This document shows positions 28,274-37,821 of a stretch of DNA of 64,000 bases, piece after piece. This stretch comes from Acidimicrobiia bacterium. GTDB lineage: Bacteria; Actinomycetota; Acidimicrobiia; IMCC26256; PALSA-555. Numbering within the stretch: position 1 is the stretch's first letter; the number at the start of each line of letters is the position of its first letter. The notes beneath the pieces are model-generated. The model did no database searches. It saw nothing but the letters and a program-made list of their open reading frames with translations, and was not told the DNA's origin. The position numbers and the translations under genes were made by a program. Location of the stretch: contig DASUAO010000055.1 in the NCBI GenBank assembly GCA_035763745.1, positions 2,509-66,508 of the forward strand. The letters run 5' to 3'.

Positions 28274-28986
28274 CAGGCGCCGGTGGGCAGCTGCGAGTGG
28301 ATCCAGCGGTCGAGGGCCGGGCTGCTCTCGAAGCTGGAGATGAGCGCGTAGCGGGTTTCGGTCCCGGGGTGGCACACGACGTGCCACAGCCGCTGGGTGT
28401 CGACGACGAACCGGGCGCCCCGGTGCAGGGGGAGGTGCACCTCCGTGCTCTGGTCGGGGAGACCGTCGGGTCCGTGCTCCATGAGGACCATGTAGCTGTC
28501 GGGGTTGTCGGTGAGCTCGATCCACGAGCGCACCACCCAACCGTCGCCGTCGGGGTTGAAGCGGTTGTTGTCGTCGCGGTGGAAGCTGCGCAGCGACTCC
28601 TCGTAGGACTGCGGCTCGAGGTTGATCACCCGCACGCGCCCGAAGTCGGCGCCCACGGCCTCGACCTCCCGCACGAGCGTGGGACACCGCTCGGCGTTCT
28701 CGGTCCACTGGCCGCCCTTGTCGGGGCGCTCCTCACCCGGCTTCCAGAAGCCCTGGCAGTCGAGCTCGCCGTCGGCGGTGGCGATCGGCGCGAAGTTGGT
28801 GTCGCCGCCGCTCTTCCAGTCCATGTACTCGAGGTCGAGGAACTCGTGCTCGGGCACCGGGGGGTCGAGGTCCCGGAGCACCACGTACCCGTGTTCGGCG
28901 AGCACGTCGAGCCGCTGGTGCGGGGTGTCGAGGGGGATCTCGGACGACCAGTGGGGGAGCTTCAGGTAGTCGGTGACCTGGGCCAT
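28273..28986 (-). CDS. Hypothetical protein, possibly cupin/aspartyl-asparaginyl beta-hydroxylase-like fold
   Basis: 237 aa from MAQVTDYLKL. The pattern SFHRDDNN...EVHLPLHRGARFVVDTQRLWHVV loosely resembles the metal-binding strands of AspH-type oxygenases. Function not established. Confidence 0.6.
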   Translation of the reverse strand: MAQVTDYLKLPHWSSEIPLDTPHQRLDVLAEHGYVVLRDLDPPVPEHEFLDLEYMDWKSGGDTNFAPIATADGELDCQGFWKPGEERPDKGGQWTENAERCPTLVREVEAVGADFGRVRVINLEPQSYEESLRSFHRDDNNRFNPDGDGWVVRSWIELTDNPDSYMVLMEHGPDGLPDQSTEVHLPLHRGARFVVDTQRLWHVVCHPGTETRYALISSFESSPALDRWIHSQLPTGA

Positions 28987-29112
28987 CGCGCCAGTGTACG
29001 GACCGAGATCGTCGCCGACCGAGCCCCGCATGCACGTTGTGACCAAGGTCCCGAACCGGAGAGCCCGAACGGGCGACCGCGAAGCGGCGACACATGATCC
29101 GGGTACGGGGAA

Positions 29113-29126
29113 CGAGCCTAGGCTCG
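29113..29126. promoter_or_regulatory. Perfect 14-bp palindrome CGAGCCTAGGCTCG just upstream of the ADH start
   Basis: Self-complementary. Ends 6 nt before the GTG at 29132, inside the 145-nt divergent region. Contains CTAG, which seems rare in this sequence. Confidence 0.3.
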
Positions 29127-29131
29127 CCGCC

Positions 29132-30193
29132 GTGCGAGCGGTGGTGGCCCGGGATCGCCGGCTGGTCGTCGACGAGGTGGCCGATCCCACCCCGGGGCCC
29201 GGTGAGGTGCTGGTCGCGGTGCGCGCGTGCGGGATCTGCGGCTCCGATCTGCACACCCTCGAGCACTCCGAGCACCTCGTGGAGGTCGGCGCCGCGCTCG
29301 GCGCCGACACGGGCTTCGACCCCCGCCACGACTACGTCCTCGGCCACGAGTGGTCCGCGGAGGTCCTGGAGCTCGGGCCCGGCGCGGATGGCCCCGGGCC
29401 GATCGCGGCGGGGGACCTCGTCGTCTCGGTGCCCTACCTCCTGCGTGGTGACGCCATGCTCCCGTTGGGCTTCACCAACGAGGCGCCGGGCGGGTTCGCC
29501 GAGCGGATGTTGCTCACCGCCGCGTTGTGCATCCCCGTGCCCAACGGCCTCGACCATCGCCGGGCGGCGCTCACCGAGCCGATGGCGGTGGGGCTCCACA
29601 CCATCGAACGAGCCGGGTTGCGCGACGGTGACGCGGCCGTCGTCGTCGGGTGCGGGCCGATCGGGCTGGCGATCATCGTGTGGCTCGTCGCGCGTGGGGT
29701 CGAGACGATCGTCGCCGCGGACCTCTCACCGGTGCGACGCGCGCTGGCGACGCAGATCGGCGCGCACGAGGTGGTCGATCCCCGCGAGGAGCCGGCGGTG
29801 GATGCCTGGCGTCGGGTCGACGGACTGCGTCCACTCGTGCTGTTCGAGGCCGTCGGGGTGCCGGGGATGCTCGACCAGGCCGTCTTCGACGCGCCGGCGC
29901 GGAGCCGGGTCGTCGTCGCCGGCGTCTGCATGCAGCCGGACACGTTCCGGCCGCTCCTCGCCATCGTGAAGGAGCTCGACCTCCACTTCGTGTACGCGTA
30001 CGGCCCCGACGAGTTCGCTGCGACGCTGCGGTCGATCGCGGAGGGCGAGATCGACGTCAGCCCGTTCGTCACCGGCACGGTCGGGCTCGACGGTGTGGCC
30101 GACGCGTTCACGCAGCTCCGGCGCGTGGAAGACCACGTCAAGATCCTCGTCGAGCCCGGCGGCCCGACCCGACCGACGGAGATCCGACTATGA
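29132..30193 (+). CDS. Zinc-dependent alcohol dehydrogenase family (MDR)
   Basis: 353 aa from VRAVVARD. GEVLVAVRACGICGSDLH...GHEWSAEV...VVVGCGPIGL. Confidence 0.85.
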   Translation: MRAVVARDRRLVVDEVADPTPGPGEVLVAVRACGICGSDLHTLEHSEHLVEVGAALGADTGFDPRHDYVLGHEWSAEVLELGPGADGPGPIAAGDLVVSVPYLLRGDAMLPLGFTNEAPGGFAERMLLTAALCIPVPNGLDHRRAALTEPMAVGLHTIERAGLRDGDAAVVVGCGPIGLAIIVWLVARGVETIVAADLSPVRRALATQIGAHEVVDPREEPAVDAWRRVDGLRPLVLFEAVGVPGMLDQAVFDAPARSRVVVAGVCMQPDTFRPLLAIVKELDLHFVYAYGPDEFAATLRSIAEGEIDVSPFVTGTVGLDGVADAFTQLRRVEDHVKILVEPGGPTRPTEIRL

Positions 30194-31032
30194 GTGCGAC
30201 CCCCACGCGGCCCCGATCCGGTCGCCTCCACGACAAGGTGGCGATCGTGACCGGGTCGACCCGGGGCATCGGGCGCGCGACCGCGGTGCGCTTCGCCGAA
30301 GAGGGTGCGAAGGTCGTCGTCACGGGCCGCGGTCTCGATGACGGTGCCGCCGTGGAGGCCGAGATCCGAGACGCCGGTGGGCATGCGGTCTTCGTCCCGA
30401 CGGACCTGTCGAACGAGGACGACGTGATCGCGATGGTCGCGGCCGCGGTCGAGCACTTCGGAAAGCTCACGACGCTGGTGAACAACGCCGCGCCGACGGA
30501 GCTCATGGGGCCCGGTCGGCTCGATCGGCGCGTCACCGAGCTCGAGAACGACGCGTGGGACTCGATCATGCTGGTCGCGCTCAAGGCGGTGGTGTGGTGC
30601 TGCAAGTACGCCATCCCCGAGATGGCCGAGGCCGGTGGTGGCGCGATCGTGAACATCTCTTCGGCGGCGTCGATGCTCGGGACGCCGGGCCTCGACACCT
30701 ACACGGCGGCCAAAGGCGCGCTCAACACGCTGACCCGTTCGATCGCAGTGGAGTACGCGTCCGACAACGTCCGCTCCAACTGCATCGTGTCCGGGATGGT
30801 GCTCAGCAGCGAAGGCGCCTTCAAGATGATGGAGGATCCGGCGATCGGCGGGCCGACGAGGGCCATGCACCTCACCCGGCTCGGCCTGCCGATCGACATC
30901 GCCAATGCGGCCCTGTTCCTCGCGTCCGACGAGGCGGCGTTCGTGACCGGCGCCGTCATCCCCGTCGACGGTGGTGTCACCGCCCGGATGCCGGTGCCCG
31001 ACATCTCCGCCGCGGACGTCGATCTCCACTAG
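30190..31032 (+). CDS. Short-chain dehydrogenase/reductase (SDR)
   Basis: VAIVTGSTRGIGRA...LVNNAA...YTAAKGALNTLTRS. ATGA overlap with the ADH gene. Confidence 0.88.
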   Translation: MSATPTRPRSGRLHDKVAIVTGSTRGIGRATAVRFAEEGAKVVVTGRGLDDGAAVEAEIRDAGGHAVFVPTDLSNEDDVIAMVAAAVEHFGKLTTLVNNAAPTELMGPGRLDRRVTELENDAWDSIMLVALKAVVWCCKYAIPEMAEAGGGAIVNISSAASMLGTPGLDTYTAAKGALNTLTRSIAVEYASDNVRSNCIVSGMVLSSEGAFKMMEDPAIGGPTRAMHLTRLGLPIDIANAALFLASDEAAFVTGAVIPVDGGVTARMPVPDISAADVDLH

Positions 31033-31199
31033 CGATCTCGCCGAGAGATCCCGATCAGCCCTGGTCGTCCTTCGAGTAGGTGATCGCGGCGTCGAGGCTC
31101 ATCTCGATGTCCTGATGGAACGGGATCAGCCAGACGACGTCCCAAAGCGGTGAAGCCCAACGACGGCGTACTTGCGCTCGATGGGCGACACTGGGGCTG

Positions 31200-32024
31200 A
31201 TGACAGCGAGGTCGCGGCTCTCGGTGAGTGCGGTGTCGAGCTGGCGGTGGACGCTCGACGAGGATCTCGCCTTCTGGGCCGAGGCCGGGATCGACCACGT
31301 CGGTCTCTCGTTCCGGAAGCTGTACGAGGCCGGGCTCGATGCCTCGGTCCGTCGTGTCCTCGACCAGGGCGTGCGGGTCTCGAACGTCGTCGAGCTCGGT
31401 TGGAGCGACCTCGACGATCCCACGACATGGCCCGAGCACCGGGAGCGGTTGCTCGCCGCGGTGGAGGTCGCGGCCGCGGTCGGCTCGTCGGGTGGGTGCT
31501 GCCTCGTGCTGACGACGGGCCCGGCCGGTCGCCTCGACTGGGACGAAGCCGCCGACGCGCTGGCCGAGCTGCTCGGGCCGGTGCGCGTCGCCGCCGTCGC
31601 GGACGACGTCCCGCTCACGATCGAGCCGACCGGGCCACTCCGACTCGACCTGAGCTTCGTGACGACCGTGCGCGACGGCGTCGACCTCGCCGACCGGCTG
31701 GGAGTGGGCGTCTGTGTGGAGGTGAACAGCTGCTTCGCCGAGCGCGGGCTGCTCGACACCGTCCATGACGCAGGGGGAGTGGTCGAGCACGTGCAGGTGA
31801 GCGACTTCGTGATCGGCAGCCTGTGCACGCCCGACCGCGCGGTCCCCGGCGACGGCGACATCCCGCTGGCGCGGATCCTCGAGGGGCTCGACGCGGCGGG
31901 CTACCGGGGCGCGTACGAGCTGGAGATGGTCGGGCCTCGGATCGAGGAGGAGGGCTACGCGTCGGCGATCACGCGTGGCGTCGCCGCGCTCGACCGGATC
32001 CTCGGATCGCTCCCCTCGCGCTAG
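31200..32024 (+). CDS. Sugar phosphate isomerase/epimerase (xylose isomerase-like TIM barrel)
   Basis: 274 aa. LAFWAEAGIDHVGL..., PLTIEP..., HVQVSDF... and GAYELEM are typical AP-endonuclease-2 / TIM-barrel family features. Confidence 0.75.
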   Translation: MTARSRLSVSAVSSWRWTLDEDLAFWAEAGIDHVGLSFRKLYEAGLDASVRRVLDQGVRVSNVVELGWSDLDDPTTWPEHRERLLAAVEVAAAVGSSGGCCLVLTTGPAGRLDWDEAADALAELLGPVRVAAVADDVPLTIEPTGPLRLDLSFVTTVRDGVDLADRLGVGVCVEVNSCFAERGLLDTVHDAGGVVEHVQVSDFVIGSLCTPDRAVPGDGDIPLARILEGLDAAGYRGAYELEMVGPRIEEEGYASAITRGVAALDRILGSLPSR

Positions 32025-32305
32025 ACCGCGTACGTGATCTCGGGCGGACCCGCGAGGAGGTCCGACAGCCGGTTCGTCATCCCCTTCGTCGCGTCCGACG
32101 CGCGGTGCTCGGCGAGCGCCGCGTCGTCGCGGAACACCTCGTAGCCGACCACGACGTCGGGGAGGTCTCGAGCCGCGTACACCTCGAACGCCTCGTTGCC
32201 GGGCTCGGCGCGCACGGCTTCCCCGAGCTGCTCGAGCTCCACCAGCAGCGCATCGCGTGCGCCGGGCCGTGCCGTCAGCCGGGTGAAGATCACGACTCGT
32301 GCCAT
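32021..32305 (-). CDS. Antibiotic-biosynthesis-monooxygenase (ABM) domain protein
   Basis: 94 aa. MARVVIFTRLTARPGARDALLVELEQL...FEVYAARD...YEVFRDDAALAEH. Confidence 0.75.
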   Translation of the reverse strand: MARVVIFTRLTARPGARDALLVELEQLGEAVRAEPGNEAFEVYAARDLPDVVVGYEVFRDDAALAEHRASDATKGMTNRLSDLLAGPPEITYAV

Positions 32306-32425
32306 GCCCCGAGCCTAGGGAACCGTCGGGCCGCGTCGGCCGGGGGAGGCCCGGTTTCGACTTCCGGGGCTCCGGCAAGCAAGACTCGACGCCGCACACT
32401 GACCAGGTCGAACGGCTGGAGCGCC

Positions 32426-33208
32426 ATGAACATCGTCGTCTGCGTCAAGCAGATCCCTGACCCCGCCAACCCGGGCGAGCTCGACCCCGAGACGCACACG
32501 CTGAAGCGTGAGGGCAAGCTCATCCTCGACGAGTCCGACAGCTACGGGGTCGAGATGGCCCTCCAGCTGGCCGACACCGCCGGTGGTGGTGAGGTCACCC
32601 TCGTGTCGATGGCACCCAACAGCGAGGTGTCGGGCCTCCGCACCGCGCTGGCGATGGGCGCCGCGCAGGCGATCCTCGTGTCCGACGACGCTCTGCGCGG
32701 CAGCGACGCGCTGTCGACGGCCAAGGTGCTCGCCAAGGCGATCGAGCGCGCGGGCGAGGTCGATCTCGTGCTGACCGCGACCGAGTCCACCGACGGCTAC
32801 AGCGGGACCATCCCGGCGCAGGTCGCCGAGCTGCTCGGTTGGCCGTCGCTGACCTTCGCGAAGCACGTGGAGATCGCCGACGGCAAGGCCAAGATCCAGC
32901 GCCAGACCGAGGCCGGGTTCGACGAGGTCGAGGCCTCGCTCCCCGCGGTCGTGAGCGTGACCGCTGGGGTGGTCGAGCCGCGGTACCCCTCGTTCAAGGG
33001 GATCATGGCGGCCAAGAACAAGCCGGTCGACGAGGTCAAGGTCGCCGACCTCGGGCTCGCCGACGACCAGGTCGGTTGGGCCGGTGCCCGCCAGAAGATC
33101 ACCGACGTGCGCGACGCACCGGCGCGTGAAGCCGGAGAGAAGATCGAGGACGACGGCACCGCGCACGAGCGCGTCGTCGCGTTCTTGGAGCAGCTCAAGG
33201 TCATCTGA
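32426..33208 (+). CDS. etfB: Electron transfer flavoprotein beta subunit
   Basis: MNIVVCVKQIPDP...DLVLTATESTDGYSGTIPAQVAELLGWP. Confidence 0.92.
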   Translation: MNIVVCVKQIPDPANPGELDPETHTLKREGKLILDESDSYGVEMALQLADTAGGGEVTLVSMAPNSEVSGLRTALAMGAAQAILVSDDALRGSDALSTAKVLAKAIERAGEVDLVLTATESTDGYSGTIPAQVAELLGWPSLTFAKHVEIADGKAKIQRQTEAGFDEVEASLPAVVSVTAGVVEPRYPSFKGIMAAKNKPVDEVKVADLGLADDQVGWAGARQKITDVRDAPAREAGEKIEDDGTAHERVVAFLEQLKVI

Positions 33209-33268
33209 GTCCGCCGTACTGACCATTCCGGCACATCGAGCACCGGACACCTGAGAGACAGGATCGAG

Positions 33269-34234
33269 ATGGGCATCCCCAAGATCGTCGTGTACGCCGA
33301 GAGCGAAGGCGACAAGCCGGCTACCAGCACCCTCGAGCTGCTCACCAAGGCGCGTGAGCTGGCAGACACCGTCGAGTGCGTGTACGTGGGCACCAACGCC
33401 GACGCGCTCGCGGGGTCGCTCGGCGAGCACGGCGCGACGAAGGTCCACGCGGTGGACCCCGGCGACGTGCTGCCGGGCATCGTCGGCGCCGCGGCGCTCG
33501 CGGGCCTGGTGGCGTCCGACGCCCCCGACGTCGTCCTGTTCGCGCAGTCCTACGACGGGCGCGACGCGATCTCCCGCCTCTCGGTGAAGCTCGACCGCCC
33601 GGTCCTCACGAACGGGACGGACCTGAAGGTCGAGGGCGACGCGATGGTCGTCGGCACCGCGATCTTCGGCGGCAACACCCTCGTCGACACCACGTTCGAG
33701 TCCGAGAAGCCCTTCCTCGCCGCGATCCGGCCGAAGTCGTTCGCGGCCGAGCCGAGCGGGGGTGCCGCGGCGGAGGTCGTCGCCCTCGCCGCCGGTGATG
33801 CCGGTCGTGGTGGCGAGGCCAAGGTGCTCGAGCGCCATGTCGAGGAGCGCGAAGGTCCGAAGCTGGAGGAGGCGCCCGTCGTCGTCTCGGGTGGCCGCGG
33901 CATCGGCAGCGCCGAGGCGTTCGGCCCGATCGTCGACGAGCTCGCCAAGCTCCTCAACGGCGCGTCGGGTGCGTCGCGGGCGATCGTCGACGCCGGCTGG
34001 GTGCCGTACTCCAAGCAGGTCGGCCAGACCGGCAAGACCGTGAAGCCCAAGCTCTACATCGCGCTGGGCATCTCCGGTGCCACACAGCACCTCGTGGGCA
34101 TGAAGGGCTCCGACACGATCCTCGCGATCAACAAGGACGGCGAGGCGCCGATCTTCTCGGTCGCCGACCTCGGCATCGTCGGCGACGTGCACAAGGTCGT
34201 GCCCAAGCTGATCGAGGCCCTGCAGGCTCGCTGA
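33269..34234 (+). CDS. etfA: Electron transfer flavoprotein alpha subunit
   Basis: 321 aa. [12 protein letters not shown]...RAIVDAGW...[29 protein letters not shown]. Confidence 0.92.
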   Translation: MGIPKIVVYAESEGDKPATSTLELLTKARELADTVECVYVGTNADALAGSLGEHGATKVHAVDPGDVLPGIVGAAALAGLVASDAPDVVLFAQSYDGRDAISRLSVKLDRPVLTNGTDLKVEGDAMVVGTAIFGGNTLVDTTFESEKPFLAAIRPKSFAAEPSGGAAAEVVALAAGDAGRGGEAKVLERHVEEREGPKLEEAPVVVSGGRGIGSAEAFGPIVDELAKLLNGASGASRAIVDAGWVPYSKQVGQTGKTVKPKLYIALGISGATQHLVGMKGSDTILAINKDGEAPIFSVADLGIVGDVHKVVPKLIEALQAR

Positions 34235-34246
34235 CCGGACCCGACC

Positions 34247-34873
34247 ATGGGGCTCGAGATCCGAGACCTGGCAGCCGAGGAGCTCCCGGCGGCTGGGGGA
34301 GTCGCGGGGCGAGCGCTCGCCGACAGCCCGACGTTCCGGTGGGCGCTCGGCCCGGACCCGCTCGCGCGGGTGGGGGGCAGCCTCGACGTCTTCGTCGGGT
34401 TCGTGGCGACGATGCCGCCACCGCAGCTGGGCGCCTTCCTCGGGAACCACGTCGTCGGCGTCGCGGCGGCGGCGGCCCCGGGGACCTGCATCGGCGCGAT
34501 CGCGACCGACGAGCTCCGGACCCCGCCGGACGTGATCGGACCGCACGGCGACGACTCGCGGAACCTCCTCGTGTGGTCGTTGTTCTGCGGGCACGACCTC
34601 GAGGAGCGGCACTGGCACGTCGGTCCGGTCTCGGTCGAGCCCGGGCTCCAGGGCGCGGGCATCGGTGGGCGGCTCCTCGGGGCGCTGTGCGATCGGATGG
34701 ACGCCGACGGCGAGGTGGCCTGGCTCGAGACCGACAAGCCCGAGAACGTCGTGTTCTACCGGCGGCACGGCTTCGACGTCGTCGAGGAGGTGCTCGCGCC
34801 GAGCGCGGTGCGGTACCCCGACCTGGGGGACGCTCCCTTCACGACCTGGTTCATGCGGCGGGATCCCCGGTAG
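34247..34873 (+). CDS. GNAT family N-acetyltransferase
   Basis: 208 aa. [20 protein letters not shown]...[10 protein letters not shown]. Confidence 0.75.
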   Translation: MGLEIRDLAAEELPAAGGVAGRALADSPTFRWALGPDPLARVGGSLDVFVGFVATMPPPQLGAFLGNHVVGVAAAAAPGTCIGAIATDELRTPPDVIGPHGDDSRNLLVWSLFCGHDLEERHWHVGPVSVEPGLQGAGIGGRLLGALCDRMDADGEVAWLETDKPENVVFYRRHGFDVVEEVLAPSAVRYPDLGDAPFTTWFMRRDPR

Positions 34874-35291
34874 CGCTCGCACGGGCGACGTCCCACATCG
34901 ACCGCCAGCTCCCACCAGCGAGGAGCACGTGGTCGAAGAGGAGCACGTGCCGTTCGAGGCAGGCCCGCGCCAGCGCGAGGAAGCCGTCGACGTCGGCCTC
35001 GATCGCGAGCTCGCGCTCGTCGAAGAGGAACGAGACGAGCACCACCGCAGTCGCGTCGAGCTCGTGGGCCAGGTCCACGAGCTGCTCGGCGTCGACGGGG
35101 TGCTCCCCGGCTTCGGGCCGGAGCGCGAGCCCGGTGAGCCGGCGTTCGGCGTCGAGGCAGATCACCACCTCGCCGGGCGGGGGGAGCTGGTCGTCGAGGA
35201 CCGCCTGCACGAGCGCGACGACGTCGCTCGGGCGCCGGAGCCGCTTCGGGACGGTCGAACGGGTGCGGGCGCAGTCACGGGCCGTGGTCAT
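34851..35291 (-). CDS. RadC-like JAB-domain protein with degenerate active site
   Basis: 146 aa from MTTARDC, collinear with the RadC C-terminal domain (EVVICLDAERRLTGL...ATAVVLV-SFLFDE-...FDHVLLAGG). The JAMM HNHPSG motif is replaced by SFLFDE. Confidence 0.6.
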   Translation of the reverse strand: MTTARDCARTRSTVPKRLRRPSDVVALVQAVLDDQLPPPGEVVICLDAERRLTGLALRPEAGEHPVDAEQLVDLAHELDATAVVLVSFLFDERELAIEADVDGFLALARACLERHVLLFDHVLLAGGSWRSMWDVARASATGDPAA

Positions 35292-35318
35292 GATCGGGTC
35301 TCCTGGGATTCGCAGAGA

Positions 35319-35334
35319 TCGAACACCTGTTCGC
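35319..35334. promoter_or_regulatory. LexA SOS box (TCGAACACCTGTTCGC)
   Basis: Matches the actinobacterial consensus TCGAAC-N4-GTTCGA at 11 of the 12 specified positions. Lies 28 nt upstream of the RadC-like ATG (35291) and about 70 nt upstream of the GNAT start at 35406. Confidence 0.65.
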
Positions 35335-35405
35335 TCTCGGGTCAGGGCAGACACGACCCCCGGCACGCGTGACACGCGGGTTCCCGGTGGCGGCAGGATC
35401 TCCGG

Positions 35406-35900
35406 GTGACCGGTCCCTCGGCCCCGCTCGTGCTCACCCTCGCGACACCCACGGAGGTGGAGACCGTGCGGTCGTTGCTCGAGGAGGTGTCCGCGTGGCT
35501 GTTGGGCATGGGCCTCCGGCAGTGGCCCGAGCGCTTCGACGACGAGTGGTTCGTGCCGGCGCTCGAGGACGGCCACACCTGGCTCGCCCGACGCGGGGAG
35601 GTTCTCGTCGGGACGATCACGCTCCAATGGGACGACGAGCTGGTCTGGGGCGCGCGACCACCCGACGCCGGGTACGTGCACCGGCTCGCGGTTCGGCGCA
35701 GCGCGGCCGGCACCGGAGCCGAGCTGTTGGTATGGGCCGAGGGGGAGACCCGCAGGGCGGGCCGCGAGTTCCTCCGCCTCGACTGCTGGAGCGAGAACGC
35801 CCGCCTGCGCGCGTACTACGAGGCGAACGGGTTCGAGCACCGCGGCGACACCGTCGAGTGGGACTGGACGGTGAGCCGCTACGAGAAGCACCTGTCCTGA
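35406..35900 (+). CDS. GNAT family N-acetyltransferase
   Basis: 164 aa. YVHRLAVRRSAAGTGAELLVWAE...YYEANGFE. Confidence 0.78.
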   Translation: MTGPSAPLVLTLATPTEVETVRSLLEEVSAWLLGMGLRQWPERFDDEWFVPALEDGHTWLARRGEVLVGTITLQWDDELVWGARPPDAGYVHRLAVRRSAAGTGAELLVWAEGETRRAGREFLRLDCWSENARLRAYYEANGFEHRGDTVEWDWTVSRYEKHLS

Positions 35901-35936
35901 ACGCCGACCTCGGTCAGCGGGAGGGTGGGGAGGTCG

Positions 35937-37298
35937 TCAGTCGAGTGACGCGCCCTCGACCCACGAGCCGTGGAAGCCGTAGGGCACGCGGCGGGGCAGG
36001 TGCACGGTCGCGACCGGCGCGGCGGCGAAGTCCGTGGCATCGATGATCCGCACGTCGCTGGCATCGCGCGCCGCGTCGTAGACGACCGAGAGCACCCAGC
36101 CCTCGTCCTCGCCGGCGTCGGGCGCGCTGGGCACGAAGACGGGCTCGCCGGCAGCCCCGGCACCGACGTCGTGGCGTTCGACGGTGCCGCGTACCAAGTC
36201 GTGCTTGCGGAGCGATCCGAGGCCGACCCAGTGCTCGCCGATCCCGGCTTCGGTCGCGTACCCGTACCGGTGGACGCGTCCGGCCTGGCGGTCGTCGACC
36301 CGGGGGAACTCCTGGGACGCGTCGTCGAGCAGCTCGGTCGCGACTCGTCCGGCGCGCGCGTCGATCGTCCATCGCTCCAGGCGTGTACCGGCGCTCGCTC
36401 CCGGTCCGTAGAGCTCGGACGCGAACATGTCCGGGTACTTGACGAGGTCGAGCACGACGTTGCCGTCGGCGTCGTCGTACGCGTTCAGCGGGTGGTAGAC
36501 GTAGCACGGCTCGATCTCGATCCAGATGACGTCGGCGTTGCCACCGAGCCTGGGCATCACGCCGACGCGAGCGCCGTGCTCGGGGCGCCAGACGAACGGG
36601 AACGGGCGGGTCCCGAAGGTCGAGACGTCGAAGACGACCGGGAGGTCGAGCCACACGACGCTCGAGGCCGTGATCGCGAAGTCGTGCATCATCACCGGCC
36701 CGGGCAGGTCGATCTCCTCCGTGCGCGAGAGCGCCCCCTTCGCGTCGACGACGTGGTAGCGGAGGAACGGCGGCCCCATGAAGTCGTACCCGAAGAGGTG
36801 CATCTCGCCGCTGATCGGGTCGATCTTCGGGTGCGCGGTGAAGGCCGACGTGAGGCGTCCGTCGAAGTCGCGGGCGCCCACGGTCGACAGGTCGGGGCGC
36901 ACCTCGGTCGGCAGGCTCGACTCGACGAGGGCGTAGATCCTTCCTGCGTGCGCGACGACGTGGGTGTTGGCCTTGGCTCCGATGTCGTTGACGGCCGGGG
37001 GCGCGTCGAGAGGGGCGGGCTCGCCGAGCGCCGCGCACGCGTCGGCGGTGCGCACCCACCGGTTGCGGTAGCGAGCGTTCCCGGCGGCGAGCTCGATCCC
37101 GTGGAGCATGCCGTCGCCGAGGAACCAGTGGTACGCGGCGGGGTCGGGGTCGAGGATCGGGTTGGGACCGTTGCGCAGCAGCAGTCCGGTGAGCTCGGGT
37201 GGGATCGCCCCGGTGACGTCGAGCGCGTCGTCGTCGCGCTCGTCGCGGACCGGTGCGAAGTTGCCGGCGAGGTACGGGTTGCTCTCTAGGGTGTCCAT
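35937..37298 (-). CDS. Carotenoid oxygenase family (carotenoid/apocarotenoid cleavage dioxygenase)
   Basis: 453 aa from MDTLESNPYLAGNFAPV. NTHVVAHAGRIYAL, FTAHPKIDP, MMHDFAIT, YHPLNAY and VPYGFHGSW contain the four-His family pattern. Confidence 0.88.
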   Translation of the reverse strand: MDTLESNPYLAGNFAPVRDERDDDALDVTGAIPPELTGLLLRNGPNPILDPDPAAYHWFLGDGMLHGIELAAGNARYRNRWVRTADACAALGEPAPLDAPPAVNDIGAKANTHVVAHAGRIYALVESSLPTEVRPDLSTVGARDFDGRLTSAFTAHPKIDPISGEMHLFGYDFMGPPFLRYHVVDAKGALSRTEEIDLPGPVMMHDFAITASSVVWLDLPVVFDVSTFGTRPFPFVWRPEHGARVGVMPRLGGNADVIWIEIEPCYVYHPLNAYDDADGNVVLDLVKYPDMFASELYGPGASAGTRLERWTIDARAGRVATELLDDASQEFPRVDDRQAGRVHRYGYATEAGIGEHWVGLGSLRKHDLVRGTVERHDVGAGAAGEPVFVPSAPDAGEDEGWVLSVVYDAARDASDVRIIDATDFAAAPVATVHLPRRVPYGFHGSWVEGASLD

Positions 37299-37350
37299 GC
37301 CCACCTCTCTGGGTCGACCATGACGTTCCGTGGAGTGGGAGGATCGGGTG

Positions 37351-37821
37351 ATGGCCACACTACCGGGACCGGTCGAGCGACTCGCCTGGCTGCTCGGCAC
37401 CTGGCGCGGCGAGGGGCGGGGCGAGTACCCGGCGATCGACGACTTCGACTACGTCGAGGAGACCACGTTCGCGTGCCCCGGGAAGCCGTTCGTCGCGTAC
37501 AGCCAGCGCACGCGCACGCCCGAGGGCGAGCCGCTCCACGCCGAGACCGGCTACCTCCGACCGGTCGGTGACGGGCTGGTCGAGGCGGTCATCGCAGAGC
37601 CGATCGGTGTGGTCGAGCTCTACGAGGGCCGGGTGCTCGGGGAGCGCCTCGAGCTCGTGAGCGCCCACGTGGCGACGACGCCGACCGCGAAGGACATCAC
37701 CGGGCTGCGGCGCCTGCTCCGCCTCGACGACGACATCCTCCACGTGCGCGTCGAGATGGAGGCGATGGGCGCGCCGATGCAGCTGCACCTCGAGGCCGGG
37801 CTGCGGAGGGAAGGATCGTGA
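37351..37821 (+). CDS. Nitrobindin-type heme-binding beta-barrel protein (DUF1794/FABP-like)
   Basis: LAWLLGTWRGEGRGEYPAIDDFDYVEE...HAETGYLRP. Confidence 0.8.
   Translation: MATLPGPVERLAWLLGTWRGEGRGEYPAIDDFDYVEETTFACPGKPFVAYSQRTRTPEGEPLHAETGYLRPVGDGLVEAVIAEPIGVVELYEGRVLGERLELVSAHVATTPTAKDITGLRRLLRLDDDILHVRVEMEAMGAPMQLHLEAGLRREGS

Noticed and set aside
32021-32024. Convergent genes whose TAG stops share the palindrome CTAG
   Set aside because: It is real but is a trivial consequence of two tightly packed convergent genes. I see no further structure.
32315-34915. 866-aa ORF on the minus strand
   Set aside because: It is antisense to etfB, etfA and a GNAT gene. The composition is Arg/Gly/Asp/Pro-biased with no recognisable domain.
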